The notes: generated by a model not told the origin, from the letters alone. A DNA stretch of 64,000 nucleotides from an uncultured Acidimicrobiia bacterium (GCA_963786955.1 CAWBAT010000005.1:352001-416000), one strand, 5' to 3'; numbered from the stretch's first letter, positions 38,056 through 48,554 are shown. Numbers and translations are program-made.

Positions 38056-38342
38056 ATGCCGATTCAGATTCGAATTCCCGTTCAACTCAGATCTCTGACT
38101 AAGGGCGCAGAAATCGTTGCTGCCAGTGGCTCTTCCGTGCAGCAATTGATCGAAGATATGGACAGGAATTATCCGGGAATCAAGGATCGTCTTTGTGAAG
38201 GAGACGGCAAACTGCGTCGCTTTGTGAATATATTCGTAAACGAAGAAGATATTCGATTTCTCGAAAACCTTCAGACACCGATCACTGAGAAGGATGAGAT
38301 CTCAATCATCCCGGCAATCGCCGGAGGCGTTCCACGCTCTAA
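38056..38342 (+). CDS. MoaD/ThiS/CysO-type ubiquitin-like sulfur carrier protein
   Basis: AGGAGG RBS; RIP..LR, LRRFVNIFVNEEDIRFL, SIIPAIAGG ending at 38328 with a tail after it; stop position uncertain. Confidence 0.88.
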
Positions 38343-38494
38343 ACGATCTCGCCAGAAAAAGAACACCAAGCGGATGGGATTAGTCGTCGCGCTGGCAAAT
38401 CCCTGCTTTTCTCAAGACTCCCGGTTCGTTCGATTCGGACGCTTCCTGGAAACCGGATTTTTCGGGACGGTCAGATCGGCGAAGATTCCGCTGG

Positions 38495-39313
38495 CTAGTT
38501 TTCCAATAGTTCCGCAGCACGCTGGGTTGCTTTGACGACCGCCTTGATCAACGTCACCCGCAGTTTGCCTTCCTCCAATTCAAGAATTCCATCAATGGTG
38601 CAGCCCGCCGGAGTCGTCACGTTATCTTTTAACAAGGCCGGATGTTCCTTAGTGTCCAAGACCATCTTGGCCGAACCCAGCGTCATTTGGGCTGCCAGTT
38701 CAGTGGCCACGGCCCGAGGCAATCCAACTTTAACCCCGGCTTCGGCGAGGGACTCAATAATAATGTACATGAAGGCGGGACCACTTGCGCTCAGCCCGGT
38801 GACCGCATCCATGTATTTCTCATCGAGCAAGCAGAGTCCGTCCGACGGCATCAAACATTCTTTGGGCTTCCTTGAGATGTTGATCCTCCGCATGGATCCC
38901 CCTGCATAAAGCCGTCATGCCGCAGCGCATCAAACACGGAGTATTTGGCATCGCGCGAACGACGGGAATGGGGGCGTTAAGGTTTCGTTCAATGAAGGAG
39001 GTTGTTACTGAAGCCACGACGGAAACAATCAGCTGCTCGCGGGTCAACTCCCCCCGGATTTCTTCGAGCAATTCACGAACAGCTTGGGGTTTCACGGCGA
39101 GCAGGACAAGATCTGCTCCCTTTACCGCCTTTCGGTTATTTGTCGTCGTCTGAATGTCGATATTTATCACGCAGGACATCCAAGCGTTCCTGCATGTTTA
39201 ACGGTCACCATGATTTGTTCACGCGTAAAAATGGCGCTATCCAGCATCCCTGCCACCAGGGTTTCGCCCATCTTTCCCGCACCTAAAACAGCTAGTTTTT
39301 TAATTTTCATCAT
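38495..39313 (-). CDS. proC: Pyrroline-5-carboxylate reductase (split by indels)
   Basis: LGAGKMGE, LAVKPQ, VRAMPNTP, LSASGPAF, VTTPAGCT. Confidence 0.92.
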
Positions 39314-39348
39314 CCGTTTTTTTCCTTTCATCCTCCTTTTTAGCCCAA

Positions 39349-39460
39349 ATTCCGAAGTTGCTTTAGCGTCACTAGGTGGAGCGGGCGCTGGGACCGCTGT
39401 CCCCCCGCGCACGCTCAATGAACGCGCGGCGGAGGACGGTCCCAGCGTGCGTTCCACCCA
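39349..39460. repeat. GTGG-foot long hairpin repeat, copy E
   Basis: ATTCCGAAGTTG..GGTGGAGCGGG..GGGACCGCTGTCCC..CAATGAACGCGCG..GGACGGT..TTCCAC shared with 48441-48554. Confidence 0.75.
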
Positions 39461-39660
39461 AGCGTTCTCAGAATAGGATTCTTAGGCGTTCATGCCCAAC
39501 GAGATTCTCTACTGGAGCGCGCTCCAATTAGAATATGTGGAACAAAACTTAGAAAAGTACCCATCCGCGCGTTACTATAGTATATCTTTCCGGCCCAAGC
39601 AATAAGTTCAGTTGCCGGAAATGACAAAGATTCGATCAAATCATTACTGAAAGGCAACTT

Positions 39661-40754
39661 ATGGGACTCTTCAATAGAGATATAGCAGTCGATGAAACCA
39701 TGGTGCTCAACGCCTTACGAGGGGTATATGACCCGGATCTCAAAAAGGATATCGTGTCGTTGGGATTCATCAAGGATCTAAGAATAGATGCGGTAAAGTT
39801 TCATTCAGGATTGAACTGACAACTCCGGCCTGTCCGGTGCGAGATCAGCTCCAAGCAGAATCAAAACAAGCGGTTGCCGGCCTTGCTGGAGTGGAGAGCG
39901 TTGAAATCTCGATGGGATTTATCGTGAGTTCGCGAATGACCCCGCACGCCAGCACTCTCATTCCGGGTGTCAAAAACACGATCGCCGTTGCAAGCGGAAA
40001 AGGAGGAGTGGGCAAATCGACGGTAGCAGCAAATCTCGCTGTCGCACTGAAAAGCTTCGGGGCAGAAGTTGGCTTGATGGATGCGGATGTCTATGGTCCC
40101 AGTATTCCTATCTTAATGGGCGCCACCGAGCCGCCCCAAGTCTTCGGGAATCGCATTATTCCCCCCATTTCCCAGGGAGTGAAGATGATCTCGATGGGAT
40201 ACTTCCTTCCAAAGGACGAAGCGGTCATTTGGAGAGGACCGATGCTCCACAAAATGGTTCAGCAATTTCTGGGTGAAGTCGAATGGGGAGACCTTGATTA
40301 TCTGGTCATTGATCTACCTCCAGGCACGGGTGATATTCAGCTAAGCTTGTGCCAGACGATCCCGCTGACGGGTGCGGTAATCGTCTCAACCCCTCAAGAT
40401 CTGGCCCTGGAGGTAGCTTCCAAAGCCATCGCGATGTTCAAAAGACTCAAAGCTCCTATTCTCGGCATTGTGGAGAATATGAGCTATTTCATTTGCCCGC
40501 ACTGTGGGCAACGGGAAGAAATTTTCGGTTACGGGGGAGCACGAGCCGCCAGCGAAACAATGGGCTATCCGTTTCTGGGAGAGATTCCGTTGGACCCGAC
40601 CATTCGGAAACGCAGCGATAGAGGTCAACCCTTAACGGGAGAAGGGGAAGAGACCCCCATCAGTCGCGCATTTCGCGACGTTGCTTGCGCAACCGCTGCT
40701 CAGGTTAGCATTGCCAATTTTAATGCTCCTGCGGTTCCAATTATTGAGGCTTAG
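39661..40754 (+). CDS. mrp: Mrp/NBP35 (ApbC) Fe-S cluster carrier ATPase (indel near 39795)
   Basis: N-terminal DPDLKKDIVSLG, SGKGGVGKST, DADVYGPS, DLPPGTGD, CPHCG. Confidence 0.92.
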
Positions 40755-40792
40755 TGCGGTCTGGGGCACCGTTTCAGTGAGGGCAAAGGCCA

Positions 40793-41122
40793 ATGGATTT
40801 CACTCCGATTAAAATCAAGCTCTTCACTCCCGAGGGTCTGCAGATCTCCTGGAACGACGGTCATCAAGCCACTTATTCCTATGCCTATCTGCGCGAGCAT
40901 TGCCCTTGTGCAAGCTGCCGTGATGCACCGCCTGTCGTAAAAACAACTTCCGATGCTTTCCCGATCTATGGCAAAGGCCCTATCCAGCTAACCGGGGCAA
41001 CCCCCATCGGTCATTACGCCATTCAGTTTACCTGGAATGATGGCCATGCGACCGGAATCTATTCCTATACCTATTTGCGGGAGATCTGCCCTTGTAACCA
41101 GTGTCGGGACGGACGATCATGA
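40793..41122 (+). CDS. DUF971 / gamma-butyrobetaine hydroxylase N-terminal-like protein
   Basis: W.DGH, LREHCPCASC, WNDGHATGIY. Confidence 0.85.
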   Translation: MDFTPIKIKLFTPEGLQISWNDGHQATYSYAYLREHCPCASCRDAPPVVKTTSDAFPIYGKGPIQLTGATPIGHYAIQFTWNDGHATGIYSYTYLREICPCNQCRDGRS

Positions 41123-41164
41123 ATGAGCGGGAGTGGACATCAGAGATTGCACGAGCTTCTCAGC

Positions 41165-41973
41165 CTATTCAAATCCTTGCCCCACTCCTTGGACACTATG
41201 GGCATCTGAACCATACACCAGAGGGATCTTCCTCTGGATCGCCTGTCGCAGAATCCAACCAGGTGGATAGATTTCCTGACAGTCCGGCTTGAACAATCCA
41301 GCCGCATTGAGATCAAGTTCCATTTCTCTCGCTTGGATCTGATCCAAAATTTCGCACACTTTGGATTGGAACTGTTTGGGATTAGGGAGTGGAAATTTCT
41401 TTTGGAACTTATGCACCAGGCTGAGATGGCCGATACGGCGGGGTTTGAATGGACCTAAGTCCGTCTCAATGGCCTGTTGAACCGTTAACCAATAAGCCTC
41501 GTGAACCGCTTCAATACTTCCGTAAAAATCTAACAAACCGTCCTTGAAATCTTCTGCTGAATAGTCGACACATCTCCATCCTCCTTTTCCCGGGAGAAAA
41601 TGAACAGAGAGCACCGAATCCTTTAACTCGGAACCGACCTGATGCAACAGTTCCCGGGTTGCCTCTTCAAACCCAGGGATAAAATCTACCTCCAGCCCAA
41701 CCTTTCACAACAATCTGTCTGAAAAACGATCACTCAATTTTTTCGCATGACTCAGATAAGGCTCAAGATCCTCTGCGGCCATTCCGCAGCTTTTATCCGG
41801 TGCAGGGTCATGGAAATGGGCAGGCAAGGGTGGATGTTCGGTGAGACTATAAGTTTCGAACCCAACTCTATGGCGCGGCGAATGAAGAGTTCCGTGGATT
41901 CACGAGACCCATGTGGACAGAACTCGGTGTGGGTATGCCCGTCGCGCTTGGCAAGAAATGGGGGTTGGGACAT
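41165..41973 (-). CDS. hisJ: PHP-family histidinol-phosphatase HisJ (split by indels)
   Basis: KRDGHTHTEFCPHG, GLEVDFIPG, LSVHF, IGHLSLV, YGSDAH. Confidence 0.85.
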
Positions 41974-42114
41974 GTCTATTCTTTCAATATCGCTCAGGGC
42001 TTCAATCGAGAGCTTGATTTTTCATGCATTATTTTCTATTTCGCAATGCTCAATTGTCATTTAAAAATGAGAGATGGCCAAGGGTCGACGGCTCAACTTC
42101 TTTCTCTTCTGCCG

Positions 42115-42909
42115 TCAGGAACTCGAACGAAGAGGCAGAAAACTCACTTGTGGGAATCCTCCAAGGGGGCTTGGATGGACATCAACATCAGCCCCGTAAG
42201 TTTGCCGAATCAATTCTGCCGTGATCACTTCTTCAGGTCTGCCCACTTTGGCCACTCGTCTTTCATGTAAGAGCACAATCGAATGGCAAAAGGCGGCGGC
42301 TGCTGTTAAGTCATGCAGAACCACGACGATCGTGAGCTGCCTCTCTCGGTTGAGTTGATGCAACAGGTGGAAGACGGCCAGCTGGTGATTAATATCCAAA
42401 TGCGAGTTTGGCTCGTCCAGCAAGAGGATGGCAGGTTGTTGGGCAACAGCCCGTGCAATCAGGACTCGCTGTCTTTCACCGCTCGAAAGTTTGGAGATCG
42501 GCCGGTTTTTCAGGTGATCGATCGCCGTCATCTTCATAGAATACTCAGTGATTTCGCGATCCTTTTCTGACAGCTTCTGCAAACGGCCGAGATGAGGGAA
42601 ACGCCCCATGGCAACGATGTCTGTGACAGAAAATGGAAATTCAAACGATTGTTCGGAAGAGATGACAGCCATCTTCCGGGCGATTTCGGCGGCACGCAAG
42701 TGCTGGAGGGGTAGGCCATCAATCAGGATTTGACCCTCTTGGGGCTGTAATATCCGGCTCACCAACCTGAGTAGTGTCGTTTTGCCCGATCCATTGGGCC
42801 CGATTAACCCAAGCACCGACTGTTTATGAATTTGTAAATTGATGTCTTGAAGAATGGGCCGGGAATTGTAAGAGAAGCTGACTCGGTCGATTGAGATTGC
42901 GGGGTTCAT
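42115..42909 (-). CDS. Cobalamin/siderophore ABC transporter ATP-binding protein (BtuD/FecE-like)
   Basis: GPNGSGKTT, LSSGERQR, LDEPNSHLD, VLHDL. Confidence 0.9.
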   Translation of the reverse strand: MNPAISIDRVSFSYNSRPILQDINLQIHKQSVLGLIGPNGSGKTTLLRLVSRILQPQEGQILIDGLPLQHLRAAEIARKMAVISSEQSFEFPFSVTDIVAMGRFPHLGRLQKLSEKDREITEYSMKMTAIDHLKNRPISKLSSGERQRVLIARAVAQQPAILLLDEPNSHLDINHQLAVFHLLHQLNRERQLTIVVVLHDLTAAAAFCHSIVLLHERRVAKVGRPEEVITAELIRQTYGADVDVHPSPLGGFPQVSFLPLRSSS

Positions 42910-42911
42910 TT

Positions 42912-43865
42912 TCAAAACTCCCCTGCCGTCTTTCTCTTTTTGAGAAGGTACAAGAAATAAGGGGCGCCAAACAAAGCCGTCAAAGCCCCCACCGGGATCT
43001 CCATGGGAGGCACGAGGGTTCTGGCCGCGGCATCGGTCAAAACCAAAATAATTGCCCCTCCCAATGCGGAAGCGGGAATCAGGACCCGATGGTCCGGGCC
43101 CACAATCAGCCGCATCATATGGGGAATGACCAACCCTACAAAACCGATCATTCCCGCCGTTGCCACGCAGGCTGCCGTCATAGAAGAGGCCGCTACAAAA
43201 AAAATTCTTTGGATGGTCTCCACTTCCATTCCGAGATGGAAGGCCACCTCCTCCCCTTGAGTCAACACATTCAGATCCCCTGCAAAAAACCAGCAGACCA
43301 AAAAACTCGCAGCAATAATGACTCCCGAAATGGCTACCAACCGGATATCGACGTTACTCAGAGTCCCGAGCAGGTAAAAAAGGATCGTAAATGATTCCCG
43401 GTAAAACAAAGAGAAGAAGATGAAGACCACTGCGTTTAAAAACAAACTGACGACCACCCCGCTTAGAACCACTGTTTGAACCGAAGTTCTTCCGTTGGAC
43501 ATGGCAATTTGATAAACAAAAGCAATGGAAAGCAAAGCACACCCTAGTGCCATAAAGTAGAGAAGAAAATATTCCTTCCAGCCCAGCAGATTCGCCAGCA
43601 TCACGCCAAAGGTGGCCGCGCTGGAAGTGCCGAGAATGAACGGGTCGGCCAGAGGATTGCGCAGCACGCCTTGAAAGATCGCTCCAGAGCACGCCAACCC
43701 GCACCCCACCAGCAAACCAAGCAAAACTCGAGGTAACCGCACTCCCAGCAAAATTCCCCGATCCGGAATGCCTGTAGGTCCCAGGAAAAGGGCAAAGAAC
43801 AAAACCACTACTGTGGCGATGCCAAGAAGCCACAATTTCTTCTGTGGAGAGAAGGATTTCTTCAT
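42912..43865 (-). CDS. Cobalamin ABC transporter permease (BtuC/FecCD family)
   Basis: RLPRV, QGVLRNPLADP, IGFVGLVIPH, EIPVG. Confidence 0.92.
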   Translation of the reverse strand: MKKSFSPQKKLWLLGIATVVVLFFALFLGPTGIPDRGILLGVRLPRVLLGLLVGCGLACSGAIFQGVLRNPLADPFILGTSSAATFGVMLANLLGWKEYFLLYFMALGCALLSIAFVYQIAMSNGRTSVQTVVLSGVVVSLFLNAVVFIFFSLFYRESFTILFYLLGTLSNVDIRLVAISGVIIAASFLVCWFFAGDLNVLTQGEEVAFHLGMEVETIQRIFFVAASSMTAACVATAGMIGFVGLVIPHMMRLIVGPDHRVLIPASALGGAIILVLTDAAARTLVPPMEIPVGALTALFGAPYFLYLLKKRKTAGEF

Positions 43866-43890
43866 ATGGTTCTGGCTGGAAGGGTCTCCG

Positions 43891-44755
43891 TCATTGCATC
43901 TGCAATAATTTGGCCTGAAGTTGTTCCATGCCGACAACGAGCCGATGATTACCGTGGGACAAGAGATTACGACCAATATCGTCGATGATCCTGTCCTCTC
44001 GCAGCGCTTTCAACTGATTCCACCCTGGCCTTCGCTTAAAGTCATGGGCTTTCGCATCGAATGAAAGAATGATATCCGGGTCCCGCCTGAAAATAACCTC
44101 AACTGAAGCTTGAAGCGCTGACTTTGGGACGTCCTCGAAAATATTGCGCGCTCCACAAAGTGAAATGGCTTCGCTCGTGTAACTGGCGCCACCAACAGTC
44201 CAACTCGGCACATCGATTTCCACGTAGAGCGTAGGTCGTCGCGCCATCGTGGCCAGCTTGGGCTTGAATTTTCTGGATCCGCAAGCGCATGTCACGCGTC
44301 ATTTCACGAGCTTTCTCCTCTTGGGAGACTTCTTGACCGACGGCAAGAATGGTTTGGTAAATTTCATCAATCGATCGTGGCGATTGAATTTCCACAACCT
44401 TTAGCCCGGCATTTCTCAAACGAGAGACAATTCGGCTGGAGGACCACCGTTCCGCAAAGATGAGATCAGGTCGAAGGTCAAGAATCCTTTCAAAATTAGG
44501 GTTTACAAAATCTCCAATCTTTTCAATCTGGGCCGTCTCAGGAGGATAGACGCAATAATTCGTGACACCAACCAGATTATTTCCCAATCCCATCTCAAAG
44601 AGGATCTCTGTGAGGCTGGGTGACATGGAAACAATTTTCTGGGTCTGTCCGACGTTCGCTGGGTGCGGCCGGTAGCGGCGTATATGCTGGAAGAGCAGCA
44701 ACCCGGCAAGAAACAGGAGGCAGACCAGTACGAATTTCCCGGTTTTGGAATCCAT
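43891..44755 (-). CDS. Cobalamin-binding periplasmic protein (BtuF-like; indel near 44250)
   Basis: IVSMSPSLTEILF..G, VGVTNYC.YP, NPNFERI..LRPDL. Confidence 0.88.
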
Positions 44756-44756
44756 C

Positions 44757-47236
44757 CTAAAAATTAAACTGTAACCCGCCGACGGCATTCAAACGGGGCG
44801 TGCGATACCCCGCTTCGTAATAGTCCTGGTTAAAAACATTCCCCAATTTAACATACAAACGGACATGCTCACGATCATGCAGCGGAAATTCGTAACTGGC
44901 ACCAATATCTGCTCGTTGATATCCGCCAAACTGATAGGCCCGGTTCGTGAAAGTACTGTAATCCAACAATGGCGCCAGGTAATTACTGGAAGCGGCATAA
45001 TTGAAATTAATGAAGAAGCGTTGCCCAATATGTTGCGTCACCACGAGACTCCACATATTGTCCGGGATTACGAAAGATCGAAGAACACCGGGAACGATGG
45101 GCTGGTTCTCATCTGAGTTGGTATAAGTGTAACTGGCCATCAGATCCAGTGAACGAGTGGGGGCTAAGGTGACGCTGAACTCAACCCCCCGGGCCAATCC
45201 TCCCCCATTGTTCCGATAACCTCCGTATCGGCCGAAGGGGTCTGTCCCCGGTTCGATGGCTCCGGAGAAATCAAAGATAATCACTTGCTGGAGTCGCGTA
45301 TAGAAATAAGTGGCTGAGGCTCGCACCCGACTGTTCCAGAAGGTCTGGTCAATGCCTCCATCACAAGCGATGGAGCGATCCGGCTGCAATCGAGGATCCC
45401 CATAAGCGGAATATCCAAAACTGCTATAGTACGTTCCAAACCTTTCGTAGAGAGAAGGAGCCCGATAACCATTCCCTACATGAGCCCGTAGCTTGGTGCC
45501 TGAGCTCCGAAAAAGGTAAGCAATAGACCCGTCTCCTGTGAATGCGCTGGGAGGAGCACTATAAGGAATCCCTTGATACGGTGAGTCGGTGGACGGCAAA
45601 AGTTTTGGGGCGAGAAGAGAAAATCCCTGATATCGAAAACCGGCCATCACTTGTAATTTGTCTCCCCAAAACCGGAGCAGGTCTTGGACGTACACGGTGT
45701 TACTTCGCTGTGTGGCATCAACCGATGAATCTTCGGCAGCAATTTCCCGTTAGGTTTCGGTTCAGATATCGTTCATTCTCAAATTCGTAGCCAACATTCA
45801 CAAGGTTAAATGAACCTAGGCGAAAGTTGGTTCGTGCAGAAAAGTTTTGGAGGCGCCCATCGTAGTCCGATTGTGTATTCGTCAACGGCTGAAATAAGAC
45901 ACCCCTCGGGCCATCAAAGAAAGAGCGGTCCGTAATAAGACCTTGATAGCTCAATGAATAGTCCCAGTTGTCGCGGGGATGGGATGAAAAGGTCACCAAA
46001 CTGGATAGGAACTTGGCCGTTCGGCGGAAGTCTGGGTCATTGGCCGAAGGCACAAAGTTCCCGCCATTGAAGTGGATCGCCCCTAATGGCACGCCGTTTT
46101 CAAACTGATTTAACTCGCCAAGTTGTAAAGGCTTGGCAATAACGATTCCGGAAGGGGGTACGTCACCGGCTGCAAATGGCGAGGTATTGATTTGCTGAAA
46201 TCCATCGACGGCATAAAAGCGTGCCGAAAGAGTATTCCCAGGGGAGAGATGAAAAAGTATCTTGCCCTGACCGCTGGTATTGCGCATCGCATCGTATCCG
46301 TCGACTCCCTCGGTGACACTCAAATTCTCCGCTCCAACACTGTAAGTCACCCGATCGTTATGAAATCCTCCGGCTAACTGGCCCACTCCACGGAAGAATC
46401 CCTTTGATCCTCCTTCCGCTAAAACACTGCCATGGGTTCTGCCACCCCCTTCGTCCGTTATGACGTTGACAACTCCGCCGATTGCATTGGTCCCGTAGAA
46501 GGAAGATCCCGAGCCGCGCAGAACTTCGACTCGGTTGGTGTCCGTGAAGAAGAGGTCACTCAAGAAGCCCGTTGCATCACCTTGAGGTGCAGCCGCATCC
46601 CTGAACCGCTGCCCATCGATCAACACAGATGTGTCTTGGTTGCGCAGCCCGCGGATTTTCAGCGAACTGAGCGCTCCGGGTCCACCTAATTGCTGAAATC
46701 GGACGCCCGGAACGGTCCGCAACGCTTCAGCAATCGAGTACTCATCCCGTTGCAAGATCTCTTGATAATCCATGACAGTGACTGTCTTTGAAAGTTCATC
46801 AATAGACTGCGCGGTACCTGCCGCGGTCACGACGACTTCTTGGCTCACTTGTGCCAATGATAACGTGATGTCGTAATCCTTAACTCCGACCCGTTCAACT
46901 TGGACGGGCGGAGAGGTTGATGCGACTAAACCCACGAGCTTCCACCTCGATGATGTACTGTCCCGACGATACACGATCAAACCGATATCGCCCTTCGACA
47001 TCCGAGAGTGTGGAAGCGCGGCTGTTCGAGTCTCGTCCATAGAGACCCACGCGCGCGCCGGGAACACTCGCTCCTTGCGGATCAAGCACCCTTCCTGAAA
47101 TCGCTTGGGCATACGCGGAGCAACAGCAAAAGAGGAAGACCCAGCCAAAGACTTGAAGGGAAATCGCCCCCCACCCAATGATCCGTGAACGTGCAGGACA
47201 CACTAGCCCTTGAGCTTTTTCTTGAACTTGAAACAT
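44757..47236 (-). CDS. TonB-dependent receptor, BtuB-like (split by indels)
   Basis: carboxypeptidase-regulatory-like N-domain, plug (VEVLRGSGSSFYG.NAIGGVVN), C-terminal LQFNF; GGAGG RBS; behind B12 riboswitch. Confidence 0.9.
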
Positions 47237-47305
47237 AGAGCCTCCTGGAAGATTCCAAGTGGCGTCAGGCGGGTAAATCGGAAGAGAAACTGAGGAAACC
47301 TCTTC

Positions 47306-47508
47306 ACCCTTTGACGCGAAGGTTTAGATGGAACTGCCAGGGCAGGTTTCCTGACTTACGGGTCAACATCGCTTCTAATGCCTTCCCCTTCTCCAAAGAA
47401 GAGTGACAGACGGCGGTTCCGTCATCGTAGAAACGACTCGCCGATTACAGTGACGCGATCGTGTGGGATTTGCACCCACTTCCCTTATTCTTGAAGGCAC
47501 CCTGACAG
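47306..47508 (-). ncRNA. Cobalamin riboswitch
   Basis: P1 CTGTCAGGG/CCCTGGCAG; AAGGGAAGTGGGTGCAAATCCCAC, CACTGTAA, GGGAAGG, B12 box AAGTCAGGAAACCTGCC; P13 hairpin downstream. Confidence 0.92.
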
Positions 47509-47521
47509 GGTGACACCAGCG

Positions 47522-47550
47522 ATGCTAGTCAAAGGGTAAGAGTGAGTCAA
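47522..47550 (-). promoter_or_regulatory. sigma70 promoter for btu operon
   Basis: TTGACT, 17 bp, TAGCAT just upstream of riboswitch P1. Confidence 0.6.
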
Positions 47551-47594
47551 GCCTATTTTCCGTTCAATAAGTAATGCGTTAATGACGGGGGGCT

Positions 47595-47692
47595 TTGGTA
47601 GCCACGATGAATTCGCTTTTCAATTCATCGTGGGCTTGTGCATTCGGCCTGGAAAAGCCCACGGCGAGAAAAGCGCTCGCCGTGGCTACCAA
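47595..47692. repeat. Inverted GTAG REP doublet (REPIN-like)
   Basis: TTGGTAGCCACGATGAATT..AATTCATCGTGGG / CCCACGGCGAG..CTCGCCGTGGCTACCAA. Confidence 0.7.
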
Positions 47693-47802
47693 CGCAAAGT
47701 TCTCATCCCCCTCCCGTAACCGAGGCATTACATTCATAACGCTTTGCTTGCAAAGATCGGAGTTCATTTGGGATACTTTGAGAATAGAGGCGTGGGAAGT
47801 TC

Positions 47803-48279
47803 ATGAATGCTGAACCGGTTTTACATCAAATTGCTGCGGCGCTCCAAGAATGTCACCTGGAGGCCATTTTGATCGGAAATGCAGCAGCTGCGTTACAGGG
47901 AGCTCCTGTCACGACTCTCGACTTTGATTTCATGTTCCGCAAGACTCCGGCAAATTTGAAGAAACTGAAACTGTTGGCTGCCTGTCTTCACGGCCAATTA
48001 ATGAAACCTTTCTATCCAGCTTCGGCTCTCTACCGGTTGATGGTGGAGGAGAAGGGATTGCAGCTGGATTTCATGCCCACCATCCATGGGATCAGGTCGT
48101 TTGCGAGTTTGAGGTCGCGGGCAACTCAAGTTAGCTTCGGGAAGTACACCCTGTTGGTGGCGGATCTCGGTGACATTATCAGGAGCAAGAAAGCATTAAG
48201 CCGACCCAAAGACAACGCGGTTTTGGAAATACTTGAGAAGGTTTTACATGAAAAAAGGAATTGGAACAAAGAGAAGTGA
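47803..48279 (+). CDS. Pol-beta-like nucleotidyltransferase (DUF6036/AbiEii-like)
   Basis: LIGNAAAALQG..TTLDFDF and IIRSKKA..RPKD. Confidence 0.8.
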   Translation: MNAEPVLHQIAAALQECHLEAILIGNAAAALQGAPVTTLDFDFMFRKTPANLKKLKLLAACLHGQLMKPFYPASALYRLMVEEKGLQLDFMPTIHGIRSFASLRSRATQVSFGKYTLLVADLGDIIRSKKALSRPKDNAVLEILEKVLHEKRNWNKEK

Positions 48280-48412
48280 AAAGCTGGACGCCTTAAAAAA
48301 AGAGAGCGATTTGGCCTTGCGCCAGCAAATTCGCCATCTCCTATCGATGCCGATGAACAAACGCACGCATTTTTTGAGAGTGCGTTTGCCTTTTGGGGGA
48401 TCGACATTGTAG
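48248..48412 (+). CDS. Small 54 aa protein overlapping the NTase gene (below ORF-track cutoff)
   Basis: hand translation MKKGIGTKRSEKLDALKKESDLALRQQIRHLLSMPMNKRTHFLRVRLPFGGSTL*; GAAGG upstream. Confidence 0.6.
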   Translation: MKKGIGTKRSEKLDALKKESDLALRQQIRHLLSMPMNKRTHFLRVRLPFGGSTL

Positions 48413-48440
48413 CGGGAAGATAAAAGAGCGTCTAATCCGT

Positions 48441-48554
48441 ATTCCGAAGTTGTGTGAGCGTTGTCAGGTGGAGCGGGTGAGTGGGACCGCTGTCCCACCG
48501 CGAACGATCAATGAACGCGCGACTAGGGACGGTGGCCCCACGCGCGTGTTCCAC
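48441..48554. repeat. GTGG-foot long hairpin repeat, copy F
   Basis: homologous to 39349-39460. Confidence 0.75.

Noticed and set aside
38029-38535. 168 aa MoaD fusion with long basic C-terminal extension
   Set aside because: Extension overlaps convergent proC and looks non-coding; RBS supports start at 38056 and an off-frame TAA lies at 38340
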